Source: Bdellovibrionia bacterium (GTDB lineage Bacteria; Bdellovibrionota; Bdellovibrionia; Bdellovibrionales; JAUICD01). Taken from it: DNA of 64,000 nucleotides. The notes under the pieces are model-generated. The model searched no databases. It was not told the DNA's origin and saw nothing but the letters and a program-made list of their open reading frames with translations. Location: positions 10,551-74,550 of the forward strand of contig JAUICD010000009.1 in the NCBI GenBank assembly GCA_030427965.1, read 5' to 3'. The first letter of the stretch is position 1. The number at the start of each line of letters is the position of its first letter. Shown piece after piece: positions 43,622-53,832 of the stretch. The translations under genes and the position numbers were made by a program.

Positions 43622-45037
43622 TTACTCGATCTCAACAAAAACGAGGCTGAGGTTTCCGCTATTGTACACACGTAGGATATTTTCACCCTTTCGTAAGAGC
43701 GTGAAGACTCCTTTAGGTGATCGGACTTTTCTCTGATTGACGTCCAGAATGATGTCACCTGGACGTAATCCCGATCTCCAAGCGGGGCTTCCCTCTTCCA
43801 CAACTGTGACAATAGGTCCTTTTGGTGCATCTTTTGGAAGTCCAAATTCTCGAGCCAGTTTGGGGGTGAAACCACTGATTCTTATCCCAAGGTTGTGTGG
43901 GTCAATGGCTCCTCTTTTCTGCGGTCTTGGGCGCTGACGTTTTTGTGCTTGCAGGCTTTCACCTGGAGGGGTACCGACTTTGACTTTTAAGTTTACGGTT
44001 TTTCCATTTCGTATGACTTCAACTTTTGCAAGCTTGTTGATAGGTGTGCTTTTCACAGCATTGATAAGATCTTTGGAGTCAGTGATTTTTTTGCCATCAA
44101 ACTTTTTGATCACATCATATGTTTGGATTCCACCACGAGCAGCTGGGCCACCTTTTTCAATGCTCATGACAAGTGCTCCGTGTGGGTCTTTGAGTTTTAG
44201 TGCTCTTTGAGCACGTCGGGTTATGTTGTCGATTCCGATTCCAACATACCCACGAATCACATGGCCGTGTTTTTCAAGTTGCTTTCGAATCTTCTTGAGT
44301 TCGTTGACAGGAATTGTAAATCCGATGCCCTGTGCGCGAGCATCGATTGCAGCATTGATTCCAATGACTTCGCCTTTGGTATTTACAAGTGGTCCTCCTG
44401 AATTTCCAGGGTTGATGCTTGCATCAGTTTGGATAAACTGGACAGGGCTGAGTTCTGAAATATGTCTTTGTTTGGCAGAAACGATCCCTTTGGACATACT
44501 GAAACTATGACCATAAGGGTTTCCAAAAGCTGCAACCCATTCTCCGACTCTTACTTTGTCAGAATCGCCAAGCTTTGCAACTGGGAGTTTTTTATCGGCC
44601 TTAATCTTTATAAGGGCAAGGTCCACAGTGGAATCATCTCCAATGAGCTCTGCTTTATAGAACTTGTCTTCACCAATGAGCTGTACTTCGATTTGATCGG
44701 CGGCATTGACAACGTGACTGTTTGTTACGATCAAGCCATCTTCATCGATGATGAATCCGGTTCCAATCGAGTGCGCGCGTCTTTCACGAGGCATTCCTTG
44801 TCCACCCATAAATTGATCAAAAAACTCCCAAAACGGATCTTGTGGATTGGGGCGTTGCCCTCTTCGAGGACGCACGGAAGTTGAGATGTTGACAACAGTT
44901 GGGTTGATTTTCTTGGCAAGTTCACTAAAAAGATTTGCAGGAAGCGGATCTCCAAGTTTCATCTTGTAGCTTTCAATACCATAAGAAGGTAAAGTCAAAA
45001 GTATTGAAAATAAAATAAGGTGAAGACGCAAAAACAT
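43622..45037 (-). CDS. htrA: HtrA/DegP/DegQ-family periplasmic serine protease with two PDZ domains
   Basis: 471 aa with a signal peptide. Contains TNSHVV, GNSGGPLVN and two PDZ-like segments. Confidence 0.92.
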   Translation of the reverse strand: MFLRLHLILFSILLTLPSYGIESYKMKLGDPLPANLFSELAKKINPTVVNISTSVRPRRGQRPNPQDPFWEFFDQFMGGQGMPRERRAHSIGTGFIIDEDGLIVTNSHVVNAADQIEVQLIGEDKFYKAELIGDDSTVDLALIKIKADKKLPVAKLGDSDKVRVGEWVAAFGNPYGHSFSMSKGIVSAKQRHISELSPVQFIQTDASINPGNSGGPLVNTKGEVIGINAAIDARAQGIGFTIPVNELKKIRKQLEKHGHVIRGYVGIGIDNITRRAQRALKLKDPHGALVMSIEKGGPAARGGIQTYDVIKKFDGKKITDSKDLINAVKSTPINKLAKVEVIRNGKTVNLKVKVGTPPGESLQAQKRQRPRPQKRGAIDPHNLGIRISGFTPKLAREFGLPKDAPKGPIVTVVEEGSPAWRSGLRPGDIILDVNQRKVRSPKGVFTLLRKGENILRVYNSGNLSLVFVEIE

Positions 45038-45059
45038 TGAAGCCTCCTTTGTGGGTTAT

Positions 45060-45320
45060 TTAAACTTGGATAAATTTCATCTGAAGGTCGCTCAGTATAG
45101 AATCTAGTGCCGCAAGCTCTTCTTCAGAGATATTTCCTTTGGTTTTTTCTTTTAACATAATGAGGAGATCGATATTGAACTTTGCAATGTTTTTGTCGAC
45201 TTTTGTCTTTCCTGTTGATGGGTCAGGCACGAGGCCAAGCGACATTAAAGCAGAAGAGCCAAGTGACATAACAAGTGTTGAAAAGGTTGCTTCGATTTTT
45301 GAGTTTTCAGTTGCGTTCAT
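45060..45320 (-). CDS. DUF1844 domain protein
   Basis: The ATG at 45320 follows GGAGGAAAA. ...FSTLVMSLGSSALMSLGLVPDPSTGKTKVD...LLIMLKEKTKGNISEEE... matches the DUF1844 pattern (recalled). Confidence 0.75.
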   Translation of the reverse strand: MNATENSKIEATFSTLVMSLGSSALMSLGLVPDPSTGKTKVDKNIAKFNIDLLIMLKEKTKGNISEEELAALDSILSDLQMKFIQV

Positions 45321-45336
45321 TTTTCCTCCTGGTGAA

Positions 45337-46167
45337 TCAAAGAGGGTATCGTCCAATCAATTTCTCTATTCGTGATTCCACCGATGGCTGTGTGTGGAAA
45401 TAGCGATTTGTACCCCGAGTCGTCAAGGGGTTTACAACAAATAGATGTGCAGTGGAAAGAGGGATACGAATGGGACGAGTTGCAGCGTAGGATTGGAGTT
45501 TCCAAAGTGACTCAGCAAAGATCTCAGGATCTCCAACAGCATCTGCTGCAAACTTGTCAGCTTCATATTCGCTATTTGGATTCACTGTGAGTTTTACGAG
45601 AAGGGCGGCTAGGGGAGCGACAATTGAGGTGAATAGTCCTGGGCCGGGATTCTTAACTCTTGCAATCCACTGGTAGGTGCGGTCCATGCCATGAGCCCAA
45701 GACATACATGCGCCAGCAAGGGCGCTTCCTACTCCAAATGAAAGCGTGTCGAGCTTTCGAATATGAGCCATCTCGTGAGCAAGTACAGAGACGACTTCTT
45801 TTTTTGTCATAGATTCGACAAGACCTTTTGAAACAATAATTTGTGCGGAGTCCCAGTTCCGGCCAACGGAAAAGGCTGTTGGAGTCATTAAGGGTATCAT
45901 AATAATTTGAGGTGGTGGGATTTTCATTTTGTAGGCAAGCTCTTTTACAATTTTCAAAATATCCCAGGGATCAGCACCTTCGATTTCCTTTCCTTTAAAA
46001 ATTTCTCTCAACCGATGTTCACTGTAAAAATAAATAAAGAAGTTGAGTGAAATAGCGAGTGCAAACCCTGTGAGTAGCCCTTGGCGTCCATAAATCATGT
46101 AGCCAATAAAAAGTGTAAGAGTTGAAAAAACGCTTAAAAAAAGAAAAGTTTTTGTTGGGTTGTTCAT
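45337..46167 (-). CDS. htpX: M48-family zinc metalloprotease HtpX
   Basis: HEMAHI motif plus TM helices. The ATG at 46167 gives the HtpX-like N-terminus MNNPTKTFLFLSVFSTLTLFIGYMIYG. The track start at 46245 would leave only 11 bp to the divergent moxR ORF. Confidence 0.88.
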   Translation of the reverse strand: MNNPTKTFLFLSVFSTLTLFIGYMIYGRQGLLTGFALAISLNFFIYFYSEHRLREIFKGKEIEGADPWDILKIVKELAYKMKIPPPQIIMIPLMTPTAFSVGRNWDSAQIIVSKGLVESMTKKEVVSVLAHEMAHIRKLDTLSFGVGSALAGACMSWAHGMDRTYQWIARVKNPGPGLFTSIVAPLAALLVKLTVNPNSEYEADKFAADAVGDPEIFAESLWKLQSYAATRPIRIPLSTAHLFVVNPLTTRGTNRYFHTQPSVESRIEKLIGRYPL

Positions 46168-46313
46168 TTTAACGACGATAGTCCTAACCCCAATCCGTGT
46201 CAAAATATTGCGTAGCATTAATAAGATAAATCCTTGGAATTTCATTGATGTAAAGGGTGCGTGAACGAGAAAATAGAGAGCCGAAGAGGAGGTCTGCAGT
46301 GGAAGCCGATATT

Positions 46314-47288
46314 ATGGCATTAAATGCTCAAATTCAAAAAGACAGTGAATCCATCCATAGGGTTTTGGATGAAGTTGGTAAGGTGGTTATTGGGCAGAGA
46401 TCTATGCTCGAGTCTATCATTATGGGACTCTTAACAGGTGGACATGTTTTGCTTGAGGGCGTTCCGGGGCTAGCAAAAACATTAACAATTTCTTCAATGG
46501 CAAAAGCAATTTCAGTGGGCTTTCAAAGACTGCAGTTTACTCCAGATTTATTGCCATCAGATCTTGTGGGAACAATGATTTTCAATCAAAAGTCAGGAGA
46601 ATTCGTCCCCAAAAAAGGACCTGTCTTTACAAATATCGTGTTGGCAGATGAGATCAACCGAGCACCTGCAAAAGTGCAAAGTGCTCTTCTTGAGGCGATG
46701 GCTGAAAAACAAGTCACGATCGGGGATGAGTCTTATATCTTACCCAAACCATTTTTGGTATTGGCAACTCAAAACCCACTTGAGCAAGAGGGAACGTATC
46801 CACTTCCGGAAGCGCAGATGGATCGTTTTATGTTTAAGGTTTTGGTGGACTATCCAAACAAAACGGAAGAAAAACAAATTTTAGAAAACATGTCTTCAGA
46901 TAGTGTAGCTGAGATAGTTCCAGTTATCGACAAAGACCAGATCATGAAGGCTCGTGAAATCGTCAATAAGGTTTATCTCGATGAGAAAGTGAAGAATTAT
47001 ATTATTGAAATTGTTATGGCAACTCGTACTCCAAAAGAGTACGGACTTGGGCAGCTTGAAAATTTGATCAATATTGGAGGCTCACCTCGTGCAACAATCA
47101 GCTTAACTCGTGCAGGTCGAGCGCATGCATATATCAATGGTCGTGGGTATGTAACAGTGGATGATATAAAAGCCATTGCATACCCCGTTTTGAGGCATCG
47201 ATTGCTTTTAACATATGAAGCCGAAGCTGAGGAATATACGAGTGATCAAATTGTGCGAGAGATTTTAAATCATATTGAAGTCAACTAA
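46314..47288 (+). CDS. moxR: MoxR-family AAA+ ATPase
   Basis: GHVLLEGVPGLAKT (Walker A), VLADEINRAP (Walker B) and SPRATISL. The ATG at 46314 is preferred; the GTG at 46257 is possible. Confidence 0.92.
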   Translation: MALNAQIQKDSESIHRVLDEVGKVVIGQRSMLESIIMGLLTGGHVLLEGVPGLAKTLTISSMAKAISVGFQRLQFTPDLLPSDLVGTMIFNQKSGEFVPKKGPVFTNIVLADEINRAPAKVQSALLEAMAEKQVTIGDESYILPKPFLVLATQNPLEQEGTYPLPEAQMDRFMFKVLVDYPNKTEEKQILENMSSDSVAEIVPVIDKDQIMKAREIVNKVYLDEKVKNYIIEIVMATRTPKEYGLGQLENLINIGGSPRATISLTRAGRAHAYINGRGYVTVDDIKAIAYPVLRHRLLLTYEAEAEEYTSDQIVREILNHIEVN

Positions 47289-47303
47289 GAGAGGGGTTTT
47301 AGT

Positions 47304-48179
47304 TTGTCACTTCCTCCGGAGTTGTTAAAAAAAGTAAAACTTTTAGAACTCAATACGCGTAAGCTTGTGAACACTCTTTTTGCAGGCGAGTACCATGCAG
47401 CCTTTAAGGGGCAAGGGATGACCTTTGCGGAGTTTCGTGAGTATGTGCATGGAGATGATGTTCGAAATATCTCATGGACACTTACGGCTCGTGCAGGAAA
47501 GCCGTTTATCAAAAAATATGATGAAGAGCGTGAGCTTGTTCTTATATTGGCTGTTGATATAAGTGGTTCAGGAAATTTTGGGACAGGTGAATACTTTAAG
47601 GGTGAAGTGATGACTCAACTTGCTGCTCTTCTTGGATTTAGTGCAATAAAAAACAATGATCAAGTGGGCTTGTTGTTGTTTTCAGATCGGATTGAACACT
47701 TTGTTCCCCCTAAGAAGGGACGTGCTCATATCCATCGGATACTTCGAGATATTTTGTATTATCAACCAGATGGTACGGGCACTGATATTCGAATTGCAAT
47801 TGAGCATCTTATGGGAGTTTTGAAGAAGAAGGCCTCTATATTTTTAGTGAGCGACTTTATGGATGAGGGGTACGAAAAGGCCCTTCGGCAACTTGGCAAG
47901 AAGCACGATGTGGTGGGAGTGAGAATTCTTGACCCTCGAGAACTGGATTTACCTAAAATTGGATTGGTCGATTTTGAAGATTCAGAAACAGGTGAAATAC
48001 TGGCTCTTGATACTTCAGACCCACTTGTAAGAAGAGAGTTTTCTAAGTCGATGAGAGAGAGGTTGGAAAAACAAACAAAGGCTTTGAGAAAGTCTCAAGT
48101 GGATATTGTAGATGTACAAACAGACAAAGATATTATTACTCCTCTTGCCACTTACTTCAAAGGGCGTCACAAAAGATGA
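47304..48179 (+). CDS. DUF58 (vWA-like) protein
   Basis: 291 aa with FREYVHGDDVRNISW, the DUF58 signature. TTG start after GAGAGGGG. Confidence 0.88.
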   Translation: MSLPPELLKKVKLLELNTRKLVNTLFAGEYHAAFKGQGMTFAEFREYVHGDDVRNISWTLTARAGKPFIKKYDEERELVLILAVDISGSGNFGTGEYFKGEVMTQLAALLGFSAIKNNDQVGLLLFSDRIEHFVPPKKGRAHIHRILRDILYYQPDGTGTDIRIAIEHLMGVLKKKASIFLVSDFMDEGYEKALRQLGKKHDVVGVRILDPRELDLPKIGLVDFEDSETGEILALDTSDPLVRREFSKSMRERLEKQTKALRKSQVDIVDVQTDKDIITPLATYFKGRHKR

Positions 48180-49099
48180 GTGATGCACCAAAAGAGCTTC
48201 CTGAAATCCAATGTCTCTTTAGAAAAGATCTTTCAATAGATGAGTCTAACGGTACGACACAGCTCCCACCTATGACTGTAGGTGAAACGTATATTTTGGA
48301 CTGTGAGGGGGAGTTTGGGGAAAGCGAAAAACCCTCTGTTCAAATAGATATTGGGGAAGGGGAATACTCACGTTATTTTCTTTACCCCTTAAAAACACTG
48401 AGCCTGACTCCTCAGAAGTTGAGTCTAGAGGTGACATTTTACCAAGTGGCAGAATTGCCCCCAGGTACGCCGATCACATTGACTGTCAATGATCAAAAAT
48501 ATATTTCAAAAAACTTAACTTGGAAAGTTGACTCAGTACTAGGGGATTTGAAGGAGGTGGTGGGCGAGCCTCCAAAGCCGTTTCCTCTCTGTGGCCCCAT
48601 TGAAATTGGATTTCCATGGATGTTTCTTTTCTATACCATTGCATTGTTTTTGGTAGTGGTTGGTTTTGTGTCTTTTGTCGTTTTTCGGGTCAATCGACGT
48701 AGAAGACATTTTGCAGAAGCAAAAGAGTTTAAGACAGCAAGGTCTTCTTATGATGAATTTTATTATCAAGTGAGAAAGCTTGAGAAACGAAATTCAGTGG
48801 ATGATATTGATGTTCAAAAATTTGTTGAGGAAATTGAGGTTTGTTTTCGTCGTTTTCTTGCCACGGAGTTTGAGTTCCCAGCTCATGTCTGGTCTCAGGC
48901 CAAGGTACTTGCGCGATTGAAGTCTAGGGAAAGAAAGATTTTTAATCAATTGTCGGATTCTCTAAAAAGATCTTTCAGAGAGTTTAGGGCCTTGAAGGTC
49001 AAAAATATTTCTCGAGAAGATTGCTCGGATTTATCTGAGCTTTGTAAAGACGTGGTGGCGCGAATTGAAAAAATGCGCGACAAGAAGGGGAGGTTGTAG
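48176..49099 (+). CDS. Hypothetical single-TM membrane protein within the Bat operon
   Basis: 307 aa with start/stop overlap ATGA, a central TM (FPWMFLFYTIALFLVVVGFVSFVVF) and a basic juxtamembrane stretch. No family recognised. Confidence 0.7.
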   Translation: MSDAPKELPEIQCLFRKDLSIDESNGTTQLPPMTVGETYILDCEGEFGESEKPSVQIDIGEGEYSRYFLYPLKTLSLTPQKLSLEVTFYQVAELPPGTPITLTVNDQKYISKNLTWKVDSVLGDLKEVVGEPPKPFPLCGPIEIGFPWMFLFYTIALFLVVVGFVSFVVFRVNRRRRHFAEAKEFKTARSSYDEFYYQVRKLEKRNSVDDIDVQKFVEEIEVCFRRFLATEFEFPAHVWSQAKVLARLKSRERKIFNQLSDSLKRSFREFRALKVKNISREDCSDLSELCKDVVARIEKMRDKKGRL

Positions 49100-50100
49100 T
49101 GGAGTGGTATTCTCCTTATTACCTCTTTTTATTGGCGCTTGTGGGACTGGTTGTGTTTTTGCAACTGAAACCAAAGGGGAAAAGATCTCCTTCTATATTA
49201 TTTAGTCAGTTGTCGAAGTTTACAAAATCCAGAGGATGGAGAGCTAAAATTTCAAGGCTCCCTTTTTGGCTTCAAGTTATAGGTTTGGTTTTGGTTTGTG
49301 TTGCACTTGCCCGCCCCAGATCCTCTGATGAAAAGGTCAAACGTAACGTTGAGGGGATTGATATTGTTGTTGCTCTTGATATTTCAGAAAGCATGTTGAT
49401 TGAGGATATGAAGCCTGAAAATCGATTGGAATCTGCTAAAAAAACAATCAAAGAATTTATCGAGGGACGTATTTCAGATCGTATTGGATTGGTATTGTTT
49501 TCCGGTGAATCTTACACAGGTGTTCCAATTACGTTGGATTATAAAATTCTACTTGAAAAACTTGCGACAGTGCAATCCACGCGAAGTATTAAGATGGGAA
49601 CGGCTATAGGTGTTGCACTTGCGAATTCGGTTGGACGTTTGAAAGACTCCACTGCCAAAAGCCGAGTTGTAATTTTGCTGACAGACGGAGAGAACAACAG
49701 TGGAACTATTGATCCAGAAACAGCACTTGAAATTACAAAAGGCTATCAAGTGCGCGTGTACACAATTGGAATGGGTCGAGACGGGCAGGCTCAAATCCCA
49801 ATCACGTATCGTGACTCTCGTGGAAATAAACGAAAAAGATACTACCCGATTCATAGTAAAGTGAACGATGAACTTCTCACGCGCCTTGCAAAAGAAACTG
49901 GTGGGAAATATTATCGCGCGATCAATACGAAAAGTTTGAAAGATGTATTTGATGAAATCAACTCACTTGAAAAAACCAAAGTGGAAGTCAATAAATACGT
50001 TAAGTACAATGAGCTATTTTGGATGTACCTTGTTTGGGGACTTTTATTTTTTGGTTCGGGGTATTTGCTCAGACACTCTATTTTAAGGAGGTTTGAGTAA
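49099..50100 (+). CDS. batA: BatA-type vWA domain membrane protein
   Basis: 333 aa: N-terminal TM helices, MIDAS motif DISESM, and a C-terminal TM. GTG start overlaps the upstream TAG. Confidence 0.85.
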   Translation: MEWYSPYYLFLLALVGLVVFLQLKPKGKRSPSILFSQLSKFTKSRGWRAKISRLPFWLQVIGLVLVCVALARPRSSDEKVKRNVEGIDIVVALDISESMLIEDMKPENRLESAKKTIKEFIEGRISDRIGLVLFSGESYTGVPITLDYKILLEKLATVQSTRSIKMGTAIGVALANSVGRLKDSTAKSRVVILLTDGENNSGTIDPETALEITKGYQVRVYTIGMGRDGQAQIPITYRDSRGNKRKRYYPIHSKVNDELLTRLAKETGGKYYRAINTKSLKDVFDEINSLEKTKVEVNKYVKYNELFWMYLVWGLLFFGSGYLLRHSILRRFE

Positions 50101-52004
50101 TGTTTCGATTTGAAAATCCAATGGCACTTCAACTTCTTTGGCTTGTTCCGGTATTTTGGAGCATTTGGTTTTTTGTTGGAAAGATGAAACACCGTAAAAT
50201 GTTAAAAGAAATTGGTGAGAAGACGTATCCATTCCTATCTCAATCACTTTCTGGCGCACGTTCTAGGTGGAAGGTCGCGTTTGAAATATTTTTCTTTGTA
50301 TTTGCAATTCTTGCTCTTGCTCGACCACAGATGGGGCAGGTTTCAAAAGATATCAAAAGTGAAGGGATTGAACTTGTTTTTCTGGTGGATGTTTCAAAGA
50401 GCATGCTGGCAGAGGATGTTAAGCCAAGCCGCTTGGAGCTTGCAAAGAAAACCCTAGAGCGAATTATGAACAAAGTTCGAGGCCATAAAATTGGACTTAT
50501 TGCGTTTGCAGGTTCGGCTGTTGAGGCGGCTCCTATGACAGTCGACTATCAGGCTCTGAGTATGTATATTGACTCCCTGTCTCCGTATTCAGTGGGAACT
50601 CAAGGAACTCGATTTGCACTGGCGCTTTCCACTGCAGCTGATATTTTCAAAAGAGGTGGTCTTGGTAAAGAAGAGGGCTCTCACGCCACTCAAGCTATGG
50701 TGATTGTGTCTGACGGGGAAGACAATGAGCCAGGAGCATTGGATCTTGCGAAAAAATTAAAAGAAGAAGGCTATGTGATCTACACAATTGGTGTGGGGAC
50801 AAAGAAAGGTGCACCTATTCCTGAGCGAGATGAAAGAGGGACTTTAAAAGGATATAAGAAAGACAAGTCTGGCCAACCAGTTTTGTCTACTTTGAAAGAT
50901 GGACTTCTTCAGGATTTAGCAAAAATGGGTGGAGGGCGATTTTTTTATGCCACATTTTCTGGAGATGAGACCGATACGATCTCAAAGTCTTTGTCTAAGT
51001 TACACAAAGTGGAGTTTGAAAAAAAGACAATGACAGATTTTGATGAAATCTATCAGATATTTCTTTTGATAGCATTTCTATTTGGTGTCTTCTCTATGTT
51101 GCTTCGAACGAGAAGGTCTAAAAGTGTGGAATGGAAGGGAAGATTTGAAGTGAGTCTCACCTTTCTTCTTTTGATGGCTCCTCTAGTTTCGCATGGACAG
51201 AACTCCACTCAAGAGGACATCCAGGATGTTCAAAAACAAGTGGAGAACTTAAAGAAACAAACTCAGGGTTTGGGGGCCCAGGGTCCAAGCGAAGAAGAGG
51301 AAGCGCCCGGTCCGAAGCAATGCTTGGTTGATGCAAAGCTGGAGATACTTTCATCAGATTTCGGTGACTTTGGAGTCAATGAGTATCAAAAAAACAAAGA
51401 TGGCATTGAAGCATTTGGAGAAAAGAGATTTGCCACAGCTCTTGAGAGGTTTACGGAGCTATATCCCAATGAATCAGAGAATGTGATTCGACATTTTAAT
51501 ATAGCAAATGCATTTATTGCTTCAGAGACGGAAGATAAAAAAACTGCAATTAAAGAATTTGAAGTGGTTTACAAAAATGCGACCTCTCCGGATTTGAGGT
51601 ATGTGGCGGCATTTAACTTGGGAATTATTTATGGTAATGAAAAGGAATTGGATCGTGCACTTGGATATTATCAAAAAGCGTTAAAAGAAAGGCCGGACTC
51701 TCAGGAAACTAAAGCCAATATCGAACTCCTTATCCAAAATCAACAGCAACAACAGGGTGGTGGAGAAGGGGAGGGGGATCAAAACAGTGATGAAGATGAC
51801 AAAGATGGCGATAAGGAAAGAAAGGGTCCTCCCAAAGAACCTCCTGTGATGCGCAGAGAAGTGAAAAAACGGTTCAAAAGTAATGAGCTGACAGAGCGTG
51901 TGGTAAAAGATATTCTTGAAGAGCTTGAGCAACAAGAGCAAGGAATAAGAAAGAAACTGAATAAGAAGAAAACAAAAGATAGAGATGTTGAAAAAGACTG
52001 GTAA
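50100..52004 (+). CDS. batB: BatB-type vWA protein fused to a TPR (BatC-like) region and a charged low-complexity tail
   Basis: 634 aa: TM helices, MIDAS motif DVSKSM, a mid-protein TM, a TPR-like segment (…AAFNLGIIYGNEKELDRALGYYQKALKERPD…), then QNQQQQQGGGEGEGDQNSDEDDKDGDKERK.... Confidence 0.8.
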   Translation: MFRFENPMALQLLWLVPVFWSIWFFVGKMKHRKMLKEIGEKTYPFLSQSLSGARSRWKVAFEIFFFVFAILALARPQMGQVSKDIKSEGIELVFLVDVSKSMLAEDVKPSRLELAKKTLERIMNKVRGHKIGLIAFAGSAVEAAPMTVDYQALSMYIDSLSPYSVGTQGTRFALALSTAADIFKRGGLGKEEGSHATQAMVIVSDGEDNEPGALDLAKKLKEEGYVIYTIGVGTKKGAPIPERDERGTLKGYKKDKSGQPVLSTLKDGLLQDLAKMGGGRFFYATFSGDETDTISKSLSKLHKVEFEKKTMTDFDEIYQIFLLIAFLFGVFSMLLRTRRSKSVEWKGRFEVSLTFLLLMAPLVSHGQNSTQEDIQDVQKQVENLKKQTQGLGAQGPSEEEEAPGPKQCLVDAKLEILSSDFGDFGVNEYQKNKDGIEAFGEKRFATALERFTELYPNESENVIRHFNIANAFIASETEDKKTAIKEFEVVYKNATSPDLRYVAAFNLGIIYGNEKELDRALGYYQKALKERPDSQETKANIELLIQNQQQQQGGGEGEGDQNSDEDDKDGDKERKGPPKEPPVMRREVKKRFKSNELTERVVKDILEELEQQEQGIRKKLNKKKTKDRDVEKDW

Positions 52005-53832
52005 ATATTTATTCGCACTAATAGTTTTTATGTGGTCGACTTTGGCTGTTGCTGAAGTTCAGGTGACTGCAACAGTGAGCTCCAATGAAATTAAAGTTGG
52101 AGATTTCTTTGATTACCGTGTAACGGTGCGAAGCGATGAGAGTGTCAATGTGGCAGAGCCACGTCTTCCAAGTGTGGAAGCCTTCAAGTTTGTTAGTCGC
52201 TCCAAAGCCTCCTCTACCAATACCTCACTTGTTAATGGAGAGTTTAAAGTCGTTCGACAAGAGGTATTTATATATCGATTTCAATCGACAAAAAAGGGAA
52301 AGTTCAACCTTGGCTCGACTGAAGTCACAGTGAGTGGAGAAACTCATAGAACAAATCGTATTGCGATGACTGTTAAAGAAGGGGGTGGTGTCGCGGGCAG
52401 GGGTTCTTCAAGGCCTCAGGTTCCAGTTGATGATGATGATCCTTTTTCACAACTTCTCAGACAAAGAGGGTTTGGTGGTTACCGTTCCGCGCCTCCTGAA
52501 AATTTGAAACAAGCGTTTTTTATACAGGTGGAAGTGGATAAGACTGAGGTTTTTGTTGGGGAGCAAGTCACGGCTTCGTGGTACATTTACACTCGCTACA
52601 ATATCAGCGATATTGATACACTGAAGTATCCGACTCTGAAAAAATTCTGGAAAGAAGACATTGAAGTGGCAACTCGCCTTAATTTCACTCAAGAGATTGT
52701 CAATGGCATACCTTATAGAAGGGCGCTTCTTGCTAGGTTTGCACTTTTCCCTATTAAGCCAGGCAAGGCCTTTATTGATGAATACAAGGCCAAGTGTGAG
52801 GTGATTTTAAGTGGTGTTATGGGTTCGTTTGGTTTTGGTCGCCCAAGGTCGTATACAAGATCTAGTCGAACTGTTGCTGTGAATGTAAAAGAACTTCCAA
52901 AAGAGGGGAAACCTCAAGATTTTTCTGGTGCTGTTGGGACATATAAAGTTGAGTCAAAGGTGTCTTCGGATAAAGTTAAATTGAATGAACCATTCAGTTA
53001 TACAATTCGATTTGATGGTTCTGGAAATGCAAAAAGAATTGATTTACCACATTTGGATGTTCCAGACTCTCTTGAACAATACGATGAGAAATCAGAATCC
53101 AAATACTTTAAATCAGGAAAAAGTTATAAGGAATTTGAAGTGCTGTTTATTCCTCGTGAACCAGGTAAAATTACAATCCCAGGGTTTACGTTCAGTTATT
53201 TTGAGCCAAGTTCCAAATCCTATGTTCAACGGGTGACGGATGCGATTGATATTGAAGTTTTACCTGGAACAGGGCTTACGGAGAACAACAACAATCTTGA
53301 ATTGGAAGATGAAAATAAGAACACAAAGAAAAGAGCAGGTCTTCCGGGACCTATTGTTGAGTGGAAAGAGCCTGGTCTATTTGCCAAATTTGAATGGGAG
53401 ATTTGGATTGGTGCTTATGGATTTGCTTTGCTCCTCTTAATTGGGAAATCTCTGGTGGCCTTTGGATTGATCCAAGTGAGACGAGATCTTCAAAAGCATG
53501 TTGGTCAACGTTTTAAGAAAGTGTACCGCTATCACTCTCAAGAGAAGTGGAGAGATGTTGGCGCAGAAGCGCTCAATGTTTTGAATCTTGTCTTAGCTGA
53601 GCTTTCTGGAGAGGGAGGAGCCAATGAGTCTGTTGTAAACATGGTTCGAAAACTTCCTCCAAGTGTACGACAGGAGCTTGAGGGGTTGATTCAATCTCAA
53701 ATTGCTCAAATTGAAGCGTTGAGCTTTGCACCAGAAGAGGTTCTGGCTGCTGTTGATAAGAAAAAAGTCTTAAAAGACTTGAAGGACCTAGAGAAAGGGC
53801 TATCGGCAGCGATTGAGTCCAATGCGATATGA
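51985..53832 (+). CDS. batD: BatD-type (oxygen tolerance) protein
   Basis: 615 aa with a signal peptide, a large beta-rich ectodomain, a TM near residue 470 and a helical tail. Its position after BatB matches the Bat operon order. Overlaps batB by 20 nt. Confidence 0.75.
   Translation: MLKKTGKYLFALIVFMWSTLAVAEVQVTATVSSNEIKVGDFFDYRVTVRSDESVNVAEPRLPSVEAFKFVSRSKASSTNTSLVNGEFKVVRQEVFIYRFQSTKKGKFNLGSTEVTVSGETHRTNRIAMTVKEGGGVAGRGSSRPQVPVDDDDPFSQLLRQRGFGGYRSAPPENLKQAFFIQVEVDKTEVFVGEQVTASWYIYTRYNISDIDTLKYPTLKKFWKEDIEVATRLNFTQEIVNGIPYRRALLARFALFPIKPGKAFIDEYKAKCEVILSGVMGSFGFGRPRSYTRSSRTVAVNVKELPKEGKPQDFSGAVGTYKVESKVSSDKVKLNEPFSYTIRFDGSGNAKRIDLPHLDVPDSLEQYDEKSESKYFKSGKSYKEFEVLFIPREPGKITIPGFTFSYFEPSSKSYVQRVTDAIDIEVLPGTGLTENNNNLELEDENKNTKKRAGLPGPIVEWKEPGLFAKFEWEIWIGAYGFALLLLIGKSLVAFGLIQVRRDLQKHVGQRFKKVYRYHSQEKWRDVGAEALNVLNLVLAELSGEGGANESVVNMVRKLPPSVRQELEGLIQSQIAQIEALSFAPEEVLAAVDKKKVLKDLKDLEKGLSAAIESNAI

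Noticed and set aside
43396-43875. 159-aa minus-strand ORF spanning the Rieske/HtrA junction in another frame. Similar shadow ORFs occur inside htrA, ALDH, prs and the lipoprotein gene.
   Set aside because: These ORFs are out of frame with strongly supported genes on the same or opposite strand and show no independent coding evidence.
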